A stretch of DNA of 64,000 nt from a virus (lineage: Duplodnaviria; Caudoviricetes): positions 270 to 64,269 of IMG/VR virus record IMGVR_UViG_3300016662_000119; one strand, 5' to 3'. Made by a program: the position numbers and the translations under genes. Positions 54,358 to 63,107 of this stretch are shown piece after piece. Positions within the stretch are counted from its first letter, which is position 1. Each line of letters begins with the position of its first letter. The notes under the pieces were generated by a model that had not been told where the DNA came from, searched no databases, and saw nothing but the letters and a program-made list of their open reading frames with translations.

Positions 54358-55479
54358 ATGAACGCAGTTACGCAAGAAAGCCGCGCCGCGATGCAAGTTT
54401 CGCAATACGACCAGGGCGAGCTGCCAGTCGTGGCCACCAGCAGCGCCGCCCTGATCCTCGACAGCGCAAGCATGGACAGCATGATGCGCCTGGCCGACAT
54501 TATGGCCAAGGGCCGCGCCACCGTCCCGGAACACCTGCGCGGCAATGCTGCCGACTGTGCGGCTGTGGTGATGCAGGCCATCCAGTGGCGCATGAATCCG
54601 TTCGCTGTCGCGCAGAAAACCCACCTGGTGAACGGCGCCCTGGGTTATGAGGCGCAGCTGGTCAATGCGGTGATCCAGTCGAGCGGCGTTACCGAAGACC
54701 GTTTCAACTACGAATGGTACGGCCCATGGGAAAAGATCATCGGCAAGACCAAAGTTATCACCATGCCGGCCAAGGGCGACAAGAAGGAATACCAGTTCCG
54801 TGTTCCCGATTACGGCATGGAAGCAGAGGCGGGCCTGGGCGTGCGCGTTTCCTCGACGCTCAAGGGCGAGATCGAACCGCGCGTGCTTGATCTGCTGCTG
54901 GTCCAGGCCAGCGTGCGCAACTCCCCGCTGTGGGCCAGTGACCCCAAGCAGCAGCTTGCCTATCTGGCAGTCAAACGCTGGTCGCGCCTGTATGCGCCGG
55001 ACGTCATCCTGGGCGTCTACACCCCCGACGAGCTGGACGAAGGCAACCGCGAGGCGCGCGATATTACGCCGGATGCCGGAGGCATGTGCGCCCCAGCGCC
55101 AGCCCAGGCATCGCAAGCATTGATCGACGCGGCCGAAGCTGCTGCAGGCAAAGGTGTAGCAGCCTATCAAAAATTCTGGACTGAAACCGGCGTGCCAAAT
55201 CGGAAAGCCCTGGCTGCCGATCACGAGAGCCTGAAAGCAAAAGCTGTGGCTGCCGATCAAAGTCGTACGGTTGATGCGGCGCCGGCGTCCAGTGCAACGC
55301 CTCCCCCGCTCTCGCCTGAAATGGAAGAGTTGGCTGCCGATCTTGGCGCAGTCGCTGACGAGGGTCTGGAAGCATTTGTTGGCGCTTGGGATCGACTCTC
55401 CAAGACCACGCAGGACAAGCTGGCCGGCGCCTACCCGGCAATGAAGGCACGGGCAGAAGCTGTCGAGGTGGCCAAATGA
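54358..55479 (+). CDS. recT: RecT-family single-strand annealing recombinase
   Basis: VPEHLRGNAADC.AVVMQAIQWRMNPFAVAQKTHLVNGALGYEAQLVNAVI...PKQQLAYLAVKRWSRLYAPDVILGVY. Confidence 0.85.
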   Translation: MNAVTQESRAAMQVSQYDQGELPVVATSSAALILDSASMDSMMRLADIMAKGRATVPEHLRGNAADCAAVVMQAIQWRMNPFAVAQKTHLVNGALGYEAQLVNAVIQSSGVTEDRFNYEWYGPWEKIIGKTKVITMPAKGDKKEYQFRVPDYGMEAEAGLGVRVSSTLKGEIEPRVLDLLLVQASVRNSPLWASDPKQQLAYLAVKRWSRLYAPDVILGVYTPDELDEGNREARDITPDAGGMCAPAPAQASQALIDAAEAAAGKGVAAYQKFWTETGVPNRKALAADHESLKAKAVAADQSRTVDAAPASSATPPPLSPEMEELAADLGAVADEGLEAFVGAWDRLSKTTQDKLAGAYPAMKARAEAVEVAK

Positions 55480-56123
55480 TCATCCTTACCTGCGAGCAGG
55501 GAAGCCCCGAATGGCATGCCGCCCGGGCTGGGGTCATCACCGCCAGCATGTTCGTAGTGGCGCGCGCCAAGCTGAAATCGGGTGCGAACAAAGGCCAGCC
55601 CACCTCGGCAGCCAATGATTACGCCTTCCGCCTGGCCATCGAGCGCATCAGCGGCATGCCGCTCGACGAAGGATTCGAAACCTATGCCATGCGACGCGGC
55701 CACGACCTTGAGCCAGCCGCACGCCATGAGCACGAAGTGCAAAGCGGTCACGTTGTCGAGCGCGCTGGCTTTGTCCTTACCGAGGATCGATTGTTCGGCG
55801 CCAGCGCGGACGGCCTGATTGGCAACGATGGCGGCAGCGAATACAAGTGCCTTATCTCGCCAGAACGCCTCCGCGACGTTCTGATAAATGGCGATTTTAG
55901 CGAGTTCATAGACCAGGTACAGGGCTGCATGTGGATCACGGGCCGCCGCTGGTGGGATTTCTGCCTGTACTGCCCTGCTCTGGCTCCAGTCGGCAAAGAA
56001 CTGTGGTTCCGCCGCGTCGAGCGCGACGACGCCTACATCGACGCAATGGTGCTCGACCTGGTCGATTTTGAAAAACTGGTTACTGAAAACGAAACAATTT
56101 TACGAATGAAGGAGGCAGCATGA
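55476..56123 (+). CDS. YqaJ/lambda-exonuclease-like protein
   Basis: ATG at 55476. QGSPEWHAARAGVITAS...RGHDLEP...GASADGL...EYKC...QVQGCMW. Confidence 0.88.
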   Translation: MIILTCEQGSPEWHAARAGVITASMFVVARAKLKSGANKGQPTSAANDYAFRLAIERISGMPLDEGFETYAMRRGHDLEPAARHEHEVQSGHVVERAGFVLTEDRLFGASADGLIGNDGGSEYKCLISPERLRDVLINGDFSEFIDQVQGCMWITGRRWWDFCLYCPALAPVGKELWFRRVERDDAYIDAMVLDLVDFEKLVTENETILRMKEAA

Positions 56124-57391
56124 TCACCGAAACCACCCAGGCCGCGCCGGCCGCCACCGCCCTCACCCTGCCGCAGCGCGCGGCCGTCGCACTAGGCGCC
56201 GTGGACTACGAGGCAAAAATCAAGGAGCAGGTTGCGGCCTCGACCGACATCACCGCCGTCATCGATCCCGCCGGCCGCGAGCAGGCACACCGCATCGGAA
56301 TGAACCTGCTGAAACTGCGCACCGGCATCAAGGCCGTCGGCGAGGCCGCACGCAAAGATGCGACCGACTTCAGCAAGGCGGTAATTGCCAAGGAAAAAGA
56401 CCTGATTGCGCTGATCACGCCAGAAGAAAATCGCGTGTTCGAGCTGCGCGACGCCTACGACACCAAGGTTGAGGCCGAGAAGCAAGCTGCGATTGCGAAG
56501 GAGCGCGAGCGCATTGCCGCGATCCAGGCTGATATCGCGGCAATCCATGATGCGCCGCTGGAACTGGTGGGCAAGTCCGCTGCCGACATTCAGGCGGCTG
56601 CAGCTACCGTGGCAGCCATCGTCGTAGATAAGGAGCGCTTTGCCGAGTTCGAGAAGGACGCTGCCAAGGTCGTTGCCGAAGTGAGCGCCAAGCTGGCCAG
56701 CCTGCATGCCGCAGCAGTGGCGAACGAAGAAGAAGCCGCCCGCATTGCCGCCGAGCGCGCCGAGTTGGCGCAACTGCGCGAAGCGGCTGCCGAGGCCCGG
56801 CGCATCGCCCAGGTGGAAGCTGACCGCATCGCTGCCCAGCGCCAGGCCGAAGACGATCGCCGCGCGGCGCTGGCCGCCGAGCAGGAAGCAGAGGCGCTGC
56901 GCCAACGCGAAGCCCATGCCGCTGAATTGAAAAAGCAGGCAGACGCCCAAGCAGAGCAGAACCGGCTGGAGCAAGCGGAAATCGCACGCCAGCGCCAGGA
57001 ACTGCTGGAAATGCAGGCCACAGCAGCCGAAGCCGCACGGCTGGCCCAGGTCGAAGCCGACCACCTGGCCAATGATGCTGCGCAAGCCGAGCAGGCCGCG
57101 CAGCTCGCCGTGGCGCGCGCCGCCGAGCAAGTCGCCCAGGTTGCCGCGCCTGCGCCCTCCGCTCCTATCGGCATCCGCCGCGCGCCCGCAGCCATCGCGC
57201 CGGCCCCGAGCCGCCCAGCGCCAGCACCTGACCTGCTCGACGCCGCTGCCGATGACCTCTACCCATCCGACAGCGACATCCTCGATGTGATGTTCGAGCA
57301 GTTCGGCCTGACGGCGGCCGAGGCCATCGACCGCCTGGCCAAGTTCGACTTTGCCACCGCGCGCGCCGGCCTGATCGCCGAAGCCGCATAA
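56120..57391 (+). CDS. Long coiled-coil phage protein
   Basis: 423 aa Ala/Glu/Gln-rich heptads with a Pro-rich tail. Confidence 0.75.
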   Translation: MITETTQAAPAATALTLPQRAAVALGAVDYEAKIKEQVAASTDITAVIDPAGREQAHRIGMNLLKLRTGIKAVGEAARKDATDFSKAVIAKEKDLIALITPEENRVFELRDAYDTKVEAEKQAAIAKERERIAAIQADIAAIHDAPLELVGKSAADIQAAAATVAAIVVDKERFAEFEKDAAKVVAEVSAKLASLHAAAVANEEEAARIAAERAELAQLREAAAEARRIAQVEADRIAAQRQAEDDRRAALAAEQEAEALRQREAHAAELKKQADAQAEQNRLEQAEIARQRQELLEMQATAAEAARLAQVEADHLANDAAQAEQAAQLAVARAAEQVAQVAAPAPSAPIGIRRAPAAIAPAPSRPAPAPDLLDAAADDLYPSDSDILDVMFEQFGLTAAEAIDRLAKFDFATARAGLIAEAA

Positions 57392-57422
57392 ACACCGCCC
57401 CGCCCACCACCTGGAGAAACCA

Positions 57423-58133
57423 ATGAACACAGCAGTCGAAGCACCACAAATCACCCTGCAGGCCATCCAATCCTCGCAGATTGCCGCCATCGGCCACTGC
57501 CCGGCGACCGAAACGCTGGCCGTGCAGTTCTTCCGCAAGGGCGCGCCGGCGGACGTGTACCACTACGCCAACGTCACGGCCGCCGAATATGCAGCCTTCG
57601 CCGGCGCCGAATCCATCGGCAAGCACTTCTACGCGCACATCAAGCCGCATGCCGACAAGCACCCGTATACGAACATGGGCACGCCGGCCGTCGAGCTGGC
57701 GCCGGTCAAGCTGAGCAAGGAACTGCTGGCCGGGCTGCTGACGGGCCGCGAATACGGTAGCGAAATGGTCAAGGAAGAGGAGCAGCAGGCCAAGGCGGCC
57801 GGACTGATCGTGATCTTCGGCGCCAGCGACGACCTGATGGAGTTCCGTGGCTTCGTGGACGAAGAGCGCGGCGCTCCTACCATCGCACTGCTCGACGCCA
57901 AGGGCTTGTTGCCATTCCGCGAGGATATCCAGCACGACGACGATGCACTCAAGGACTATTTCGCCCGGGTGCCGCAGGTGCGCGCCGTGGATGCCCTGTG
58001 GGCCAAGGAGGACGGTTACAGCTGGACCTACCACACCGACGTGCCGCACGCCACCTTTGAAATCGTGGAAGACGGCGAACCGTACTGCCGCGGCATCGTG
58101 ATCGACGTGGCCGACCTGGGCGGTGCAGCGTGA
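57423..58133 (+). CDS. KTSC-domain fusion protein
   Basis: QSSQIAAIGH...LAVQF...YHYANV...Y.AF..AESIGKHF, followed by an acidic C-terminal domain. Confidence 0.75.
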   Translation: MNTAVEAPQITLQAIQSSQIAAIGHCPATETLAVQFFRKGAPADVYHYANVTAAEYAAFAGAESIGKHFYAHIKPHADKHPYTNMGTPAVELAPVKLSKELLAGLLTGREYGSEMVKEEEQQAKAAGLIVIFGASDDLMEFRGFVDEERGAPTIALLDAKGLLPFREDIQHDDDALKDYFARVPQVRAVDALWAKEDGYSWTYHTDVPHATFEIVEDGEPYCRGIVIDVADLGGAA

Positions 58134-58390
58134 CCGGCCGCCCGGCCCGCAAGTCCGCCGCGCAGCTGCAAGCGGTCTGTGACAAGTTCAATGATTCGCA
58201 CCAGGTCGGCGCGGCCGTCAGCGTCAAACTGGACGGTGGCGAGGTACGCGAGACGATTACCACCAGCGAGGCCCAAGTGCTCAGCGGGCACACCGCAGTC
58301 ATCTGGCTCAAGGGCGTCAGCGGCTGCTACCTACTGGATCGCGTCGCGCCGTTGGCTCTGGCCAGCACGACTGCTGGATCGCCGCCATGA
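58130..58390 (+). CDS. Hypothetical protein
   Basis: 86 aa with 4-nt overlaps. Confidence 0.65.
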   Translation: MTGRPARKSAAQLQAVCDKFNDSHQVGAAVSVKLDGGEVRETITTSEAQVLSGHTAVIWLKGVSGCYLLDRVAPLALASTTAGSPP

Positions 58391-58800
58391 CAAAGCAAAC
58401 CTACTTCCTTGTGCACGACGAGGCGCGGCGCCGGGCAGTTGAATTTGCAAAGACCGCGCCGCCCGGCTGGATGGTGGTGTTTTCCGAGCCGAAAAAGAAG
58501 CGCGCCCAAGAAGAAAAGTATCACGCCATGATCGGCGAGATCGCCAAGCAGGTCGAGCACATCGGGCGCAAGTGGGATGCGGATGACATGAAGCGGCTGC
58601 TGGTGGACGAGTTTGCCGACGAAATGCGCCTTGCCGGCATGCCGCTGCACCACGACGGGCGCGTGACGCCCAGCTTCGACGGGCGCCGGATCGTGCAGCT
58701 GGGCGTCCAGACCAGCGACTTCTACGTTAAGGAAGCCGCGCAGTTCATTGAATTTTTGTATGCCTTCGGTGCCGCGCGCGGCGTCGTGTTCTCAGAATAA
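58387..58800 (+). CDS. ninB: NinB/Orf-family recombination mediator
   Basis: FSEPKKKRAQEEKYHAMIGEIAKQV...WD..DMKRLL...TSDFYVKEAAQFIEFLYAFGA. Confidence 0.8.
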   Translation: MTKQTYFLVHDEARRRAVEFAKTAPPGWMVVFSEPKKKRAQEEKYHAMIGEIAKQVEHIGRKWDADDMKRLLVDEFADEMRLAGMPLHHDGRVTPSFDGRRIVQLGVQTSDFYVKEAAQFIEFLYAFGAARGVVFSE

Positions 58801-58809
58801 GGAAGCGCC

Positions 58810-60030
58810 ATGTTTTTCAAGAATCTTCAAATCTACCGCCTGCCCGCAAACTGGCCCATGAGCGCCCCGGAGCTGAACAGCATGCTTGAGCGCCAGGCCT
58901 TCACGCCCGCCACAAGCATGGACTTGGTGCGCCAAGGCTGGGCCCCGCCGCGCGCCGCCGGCACGCCGCTGGTGCACGCCGTCGGCGGCCAGTTCCTGCT
59001 GCAGCTGAAAACCGAGAAGAAGCTGCTGCCGTCGACCGTGATCAACCAGGTGGCCGCCGCCCGCGCGCTGGAAATGGAAGAAGCCCAGGGCTTCGCGCCC
59101 GGCAAGAAGGCCATGAAAGAACTGAAGGAGCGCGTCACCGACGAGCTGCTGCCGCGCGCATTCACCATTCTCAGCACCACGGCCGCGTGGATCGACCCAA
59201 TCAACGGTTGGCTGGTGGTGGACGCGGCCAGCCCGGCCAAGGCGGACGAAGTGATCAAGCTGCTGCTCAAATCCGTCGACAAGCTGCCGCTGGAAAGCCT
59301 GCGCGTCATGCGCTCGCCAGTGGCCATGATGACGGAATGGCTGCAAGCAGACGAATCCCCGGCCGGCTTCACGGTCGACCAGGACGCGATCATGCGCGCC
59401 ACAGGCGAAAGCAAGGCCCAGGTGGCGTACAAGCGCCACACGCTGGAAGCGGACGATATCCGCCGCCACATCGCCGCCGGCAAGCAGTGCACCCGCTTAG
59501 CCATGACCTGGAGCGACAAAATCAGCTTCGTGCTGGACGAGAGCCTGGCCATCAAGTCCGTCAAGCCGCTGGAGATCATCAAGGAAAGCGCCACGCGCAA
59601 CGACGACGAGCGCTTCGACAGCGATTTCGCCCTGATGACGGGCGAGCTGGCCAAGATGCTGACCGATCTGGTCGAGGCGCTGGGCGGCGAAGCCGAGGTA
59701 GATGCGCGGCCGCCGGGCCCTGCCGTTGACGCGGCGCCGGCCAAAGGCCATGAACCAGTGCGCGAACAACGCGTGGTGCTGGAGTTAAACGGCCAGGCGC
59801 CCGGCACCGTCCCGCCCGGCGACGGCAGCGCGAGCGATCCGCTGTACGACCAGGCCGTCGAGGTCGTACGCACACATCGCCGCGCATCTGTATCACTGGT
59901 GCAGCGCCACTTACGTGTCGGCTTCAACCGGGCCGGCAACCTGCTGGAAGCAATGGAGACGCTGGGCGTGGTGAGCGGCATGGCATCGAACGGCAATCGC
60001 ACGGTGCTGAAAAATCAGGGCACGAATTAG
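58810..60030 (+). CDS. rdgC: RdgC recombination-associated protein fused to an FtsK-gamma-like domain
   Basis: [11 protein letters not shown]...EKKLLP...[20 protein letters not shown]...FDSDFALM. C-terminus [11 protein letters not shown]...[26 protein letters not shown]. Confidence 0.9.
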   Translation: MFFKNLQIYRLPANWPMSAPELNSMLERQAFTPATSMDLVRQGWAPPRAAGTPLVHAVGGQFLLQLKTEKKLLPSTVINQVAAARALEMEEAQGFAPGKKAMKELKERVTDELLPRAFTILSTTAAWIDPINGWLVVDAASPAKADEVIKLLLKSVDKLPLESLRVMRSPVAMMTEWLQADESPAGFTVDQDAIMRATGESKAQVAYKRHTLEADDIRRHIAAGKQCTRLAMTWSDKISFVLDESLAIKSVKPLEIIKESATRNDDERFDSDFALMTGELAKMLTDLVEALGGEAEVDARPPGPAVDAAPAKGHEPVREQRVVLELNGQAPGTVPPGDGSASDPLYDQAVEVVRTHRRASVSLVQRHLRVGFNRAGNLLEAMETLGVVSGMASNGNRTVLKNQGTN

Positions 60031-60683
60031 CTGTCGCGAGTACTAGCGATTGTCACTTTAAGACGAGCCAACTGTACAGAAAGCGCTTCCAACTGCCGCT
60101 GAAGTTTTGGTCCTAGATGAGCCAGCGCGACTGCCACATCACCCGAGGGCGCTTCATTCATTGGAACTCTCTCAGCAAAGGTACTGTTTTTATTAAGGGC
60201 AGCAAGAAATGCACGTATCTCCGCATACGTTTCAACAATTTCATTTCGGAACACATCATTTTCAATTTTCCCAATTTCAAGAGCGCAAGCCTCATAAATT
60301 GGGAAGCTAGCAAGGATTTCAGGGTAAACCATTTGATAGCGTCCACTAAAAACCATGCCTGGATTGTTGCTCATGTCTGACTGTATAACTGACAACATTT
60401 TTTCGAAAGCGGAAATTTCGGAGCCGACTGCCTTTAGCAAATTACCCAGCTCAGCGGAACGTGCTTGTTTAGCTCGATATGTGGCATCACGGAACTGGCT
60501 GTTCATTATATAAACCGCACCCACAATCGCCCCGAACGAACCAATCGCTTGCGCCCATCCTGCAGCCTCGGATGTGCCAAAACCTTTGTAGCGCACCGCA
60601 ATGCCAAATCCTGCGATCAGGAATGCAAGAAATATTGTCACCATAACACTGACAGCTAATTTTTTTCTGGTTAATTTTTTCAT
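60027..60683 (-). CDS. Membrane moron, WxQAxGS family copy 3
   Basis: Two TM helices, [15 protein letters not shown]. Antisense to the pL operon and AT-rich. Confidence 0.8.
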   Translation of the reverse strand: MKKLTRKKLAVSVMVTIFLAFLIAGFGIAVRYKGFGTSEAAGWAQAIGSFGAIVGAVYIMNSQFRDATYRAKQARSAELGNLLKAVGSEISAFEKMLSVIQSDMSNNPGMVFSGRYQMVYPEILASFPIYEACALEIGKIENDVFRNEIVETYAEIRAFLAALNKNSTFAERVPMNEAPSGDVAVALAHLGPKLQRQLEALSVQLARLKVTIASTRDS

Positions 60684-60697
60684 AAGGAAATTGTAGC

Positions 60698-61393
60698 ATG
60701 AGCAAAGAGCACCCCATTCTATTCAACGCACCCATGGTGCGCGCGCTGCTCGACGGCAGCAAGACGCAGACGCGGCGGGTCATGAAGCCGCAGCCGGAAC
60801 CCAGCCCGCACCGCCCAGGTGATTACCAGTGGCCTTGCAACGCATTCCAGTCGATGGTGAGCGTTGCGGATACGCTTGCTCCTGGTGCCCACGGCATGGC
60901 CGGCGATGCGTGCCCACATGGTGCCCATGGAGATCGCCTGTGGGTGCGCGAGACGTTCTTCGCCTACGGCCGCTGGGTGACGCGCTACAGCAAGAAGAAG
61001 CGCCGCGACGAATGGCACTTCATCGACATGACGGCCGAATGCGACCGCGCGTACCAGTACGACGCCGATTCCCCGGACGTACCACTGGCGGCCTGGCGCG
61101 GCGGAGGCGCGCTGCCAGGCTGGTACAAGCGTCCCTCCATCTTCATGCCTGGCGCGGCCAGCCGCATCCTGCTGAAGATCGTGTCGGTACGCGTTGAGCG
61201 CCTGAATGACTGCAGCGACGCCGACGCCCGCGCCGAAGGCACAGCTGGCGGTCACGGTGTCATCCCGACCTATAACTACAATGCGACGCCTAGCGAGCAC
61301 TTCAGCCACTTGTGGGAATCCATCAACGGCGCAGGAAGCTGGGCATCCAACCCATGGGTGTGGGTGATTGAATTCAAGCGGGTGGCGCCATGA
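60698..61393 (+). CDS. ASCH-like phage protein
   Basis: PILFNAPMVRALLDGSKTQTRR...GDRLWVRET...PSIFMP..ASRI.L....VRVERL...NPWVWVIEFKR. Confidence 0.8.
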   Translation: MSKEHPILFNAPMVRALLDGSKTQTRRVMKPQPEPSPHRPGDYQWPCNAFQSMVSVADTLAPGAHGMAGDACPHGAHGDRLWVRETFFAYGRWVTRYSKKKRRDEWHFIDMTAECDRAYQYDADSPDVPLAAWRGGGALPGWYKRPSIFMPGAASRILLKIVSVRVERLNDCSDADARAEGTAGGHGVIPTYNYNATPSEHFSHLWESINGAGSWASNPWVWVIEFKRVAP

Positions 61394-62028
61394 AGCCGCT
61401 GCTTGCCTATGAGGTGCGCGAGCCTGGTGAAGGACACTGCGTTATCCGCTTTGCCACCAGCGGGGCCGCTGCGCGCCGTGAAGGCGCCAACGAACTGGAC
61501 TGCGGCTTTAACGAGGTCGAGCACTGCCTCCGTAAGCCGCAGTTCGACCAGTACGCTCCCGGCCCGGTGCCACACGCGGTGCTGATCGAGCATGGCTGGT
61601 GGTTCGAGTGCTGCCACTGCAGCCGGCGAATCAGCGAGGACATGCAGCAGGAAGCCGAGGATGAAGGTGAAGAGCACGAGCATCTGGAAGTTGTCACGGA
61701 TGGCGACGCCGTCTACTGCAGCCACAGCTGCGTGATGGGAGAGTTTGTCGAGCAGCGCGCGCAAAAGGCAGCCCAGGCGGCCCTGATCGAGTTCTTTGCG
61801 GTCAGGTATCCGGACTGCAAGATCCGCAGCATCTGGGTAAGCCACGCGCCGCTGCAGGGGCCAGACAGGCTCGGATATGCCCATGCGCTCCTCTACTTCA
61901 AGTTTCCAGGGGCGCAGCACGACGCCACCTTCACGTTCGGCGAAGACTGCATGCGCATCTCGCCTAGTGACAGGCCAGCTTTCTACGCGTGGCGCGGCAT
62001 CAAGATGTCCACCACGGAGGCAGCATGA
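61390..62028 (+). CDS. Cys-rich phage hypothetical protein
   Basis: WWFECCHCSRRI and VYCSHSC. Confidence 0.7.
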   Translation: MKPLLAYEVREPGEGHCVIRFATSGAAARREGANELDCGFNEVEHCLRKPQFDQYAPGPVPHAVLIEHGWWFECCHCSRRISEDMQQEAEDEGEEHEHLEVVTDGDAVYCSHSCVMGEFVEQRAQKAAQAALIEFFAVRYPDCKIRSIWVSHAPLQGPDRLGYAHALLYFKFPGAQHDATFTFGEDCMRISPSDRPAFYAWRGIKMSTTEAA

Positions 62029-62150
62029 CCGATGACGATGAAGTGCCGAACAGCGCACAAAGCCCCGGCACCGCGCGCGTGGCGGCGGCCCTGATCCTGA
62101 TTTACGTGGCGGCGACCCTGGCGGGCGTCCTGGCCGCGACAACCTGAAAG

Positions 62151-62483
62151 ATGAATATGAAAAAGATGATCGAAGCCGTGCAAGTTCAGCGCCGTGAGGA
62201 TGGCAGCTACTTCCACCCCGCCCTGGCCAATTCGCCGGACGATGAAAGCGCAGTAGCTTTCAGCGCATGGTTGGCGGAATGCGGGGTCGAAGTCACCCGC
62301 GTCTGGATGGAGATCGATACCGCACCGCTTTGCGCGCGCTACATGGACGACGATACCGACGCACTGAAGGAGTGGCAGCCCACCACGCCAGCCGGCGCAG
62401 ACTGGTTCCTGCTAGCCATCTTCGACACCGAGGACGATGGTCCCGTGGCGTACTTCGTCCGCCCAGCGCCGGCGGCGACGTGA
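62151..62483 (+). CDS. Hypothetical protein
   Basis: 110 aa acidic ORF. W.P..P....WFLLAIFDTEDDGP. Confidence 0.65.
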   Translation: MNMKKMIEAVQVQRREDGSYFHPALANSPDDESAVAFSAWLAECGVEVTRVWMEIDTAPLCARYMDDDTDALKEWQPTTPAGADWFLLAIFDTEDDGPVAYFVRPAPAAT

Positions 62484-62722
62484 GTAGCCGCAGCCCGGCG
62501 CCGCCGCCGGAAACCCCGGCCGAGGCCGCCTACAAGCTGGACCGCGCCGTGCTGCGCGCGATCCACACCTGCCAGCCCGTGCTATTCGACGGCAAGCAGC
62601 ACCACCTGCGCGCCATGGGTGCCCAGGTCCTGGGCGGCGGCGTGTCTTCCGTGATTTACCTGATGGGCGACGCGACACCGCGCCAGCCCGGTGAAATTAC
62701 CTTTTTGGAGCATGCAGAATGA
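62480..62722 (+). CDS. Hypothetical protein
   Basis: GTGA coupling at 62480. SSRSPAPPPETPAEAAYKLDRAVLRAIH... Confidence 0.55.
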   Translation: MSSRSPAPPPETPAEAAYKLDRAVLRAIHTCQPVLFDGKQHHLRAMGAQVLGGGVSSVIYLMGDATPRQPGEITFLEHAE

Positions 62723-62747
62723 TTAATCTCCTAGCAGTGAGCGCGCC

Positions 62748-63107
62748 ATGAACATGAGCGACGTAGAAATGCGCCATATCGCCGAAATGGTGTCAGCGCT
62801 TGGCAAGGCTGGCGGCAAGCGCACCGCCACCACGGCCGGCGAACTGAACAGGCAACAGATCTGCGCCACCCTCGGCGTCAGCGAATCAACGATCCGCCGC
62901 CTTGAGCAGGCAGGACTGCCATATACACCGGTCGGCGCGCGCTCCAAGCGCTACGACCTTGAAGAATGCAAGAACTGGTTAAAGGAAAACAACCAATGTC
63001 CATCTGGGACGACAAAAAAGGCAGGAAGCACGTCGGCATCATGGTCGATGGCAAAAGAATTCACAGAAAGCTGCCGGAAGGCGCAACTACGAGTGATGCC
63101 AAGTTAG
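62748..63107 (+). CDS. xis: Excisionase-like HTH protein
   Basis: LNRQQICATLGVSESTIRRLEQAGLP...RYDLEECKNW. Overlaps the integrase start. Confidence 0.75.
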   Translation: MNMSDVEMRHIAEMVSALGKAGGKRTATTAGELNRQQICATLGVSESTIRRLEQAGLPYTPVGARSKRYDLEECKNWLKENNQCPSGTTKKAGSTSASWSMAKEFTESCRKAQLRVMPS

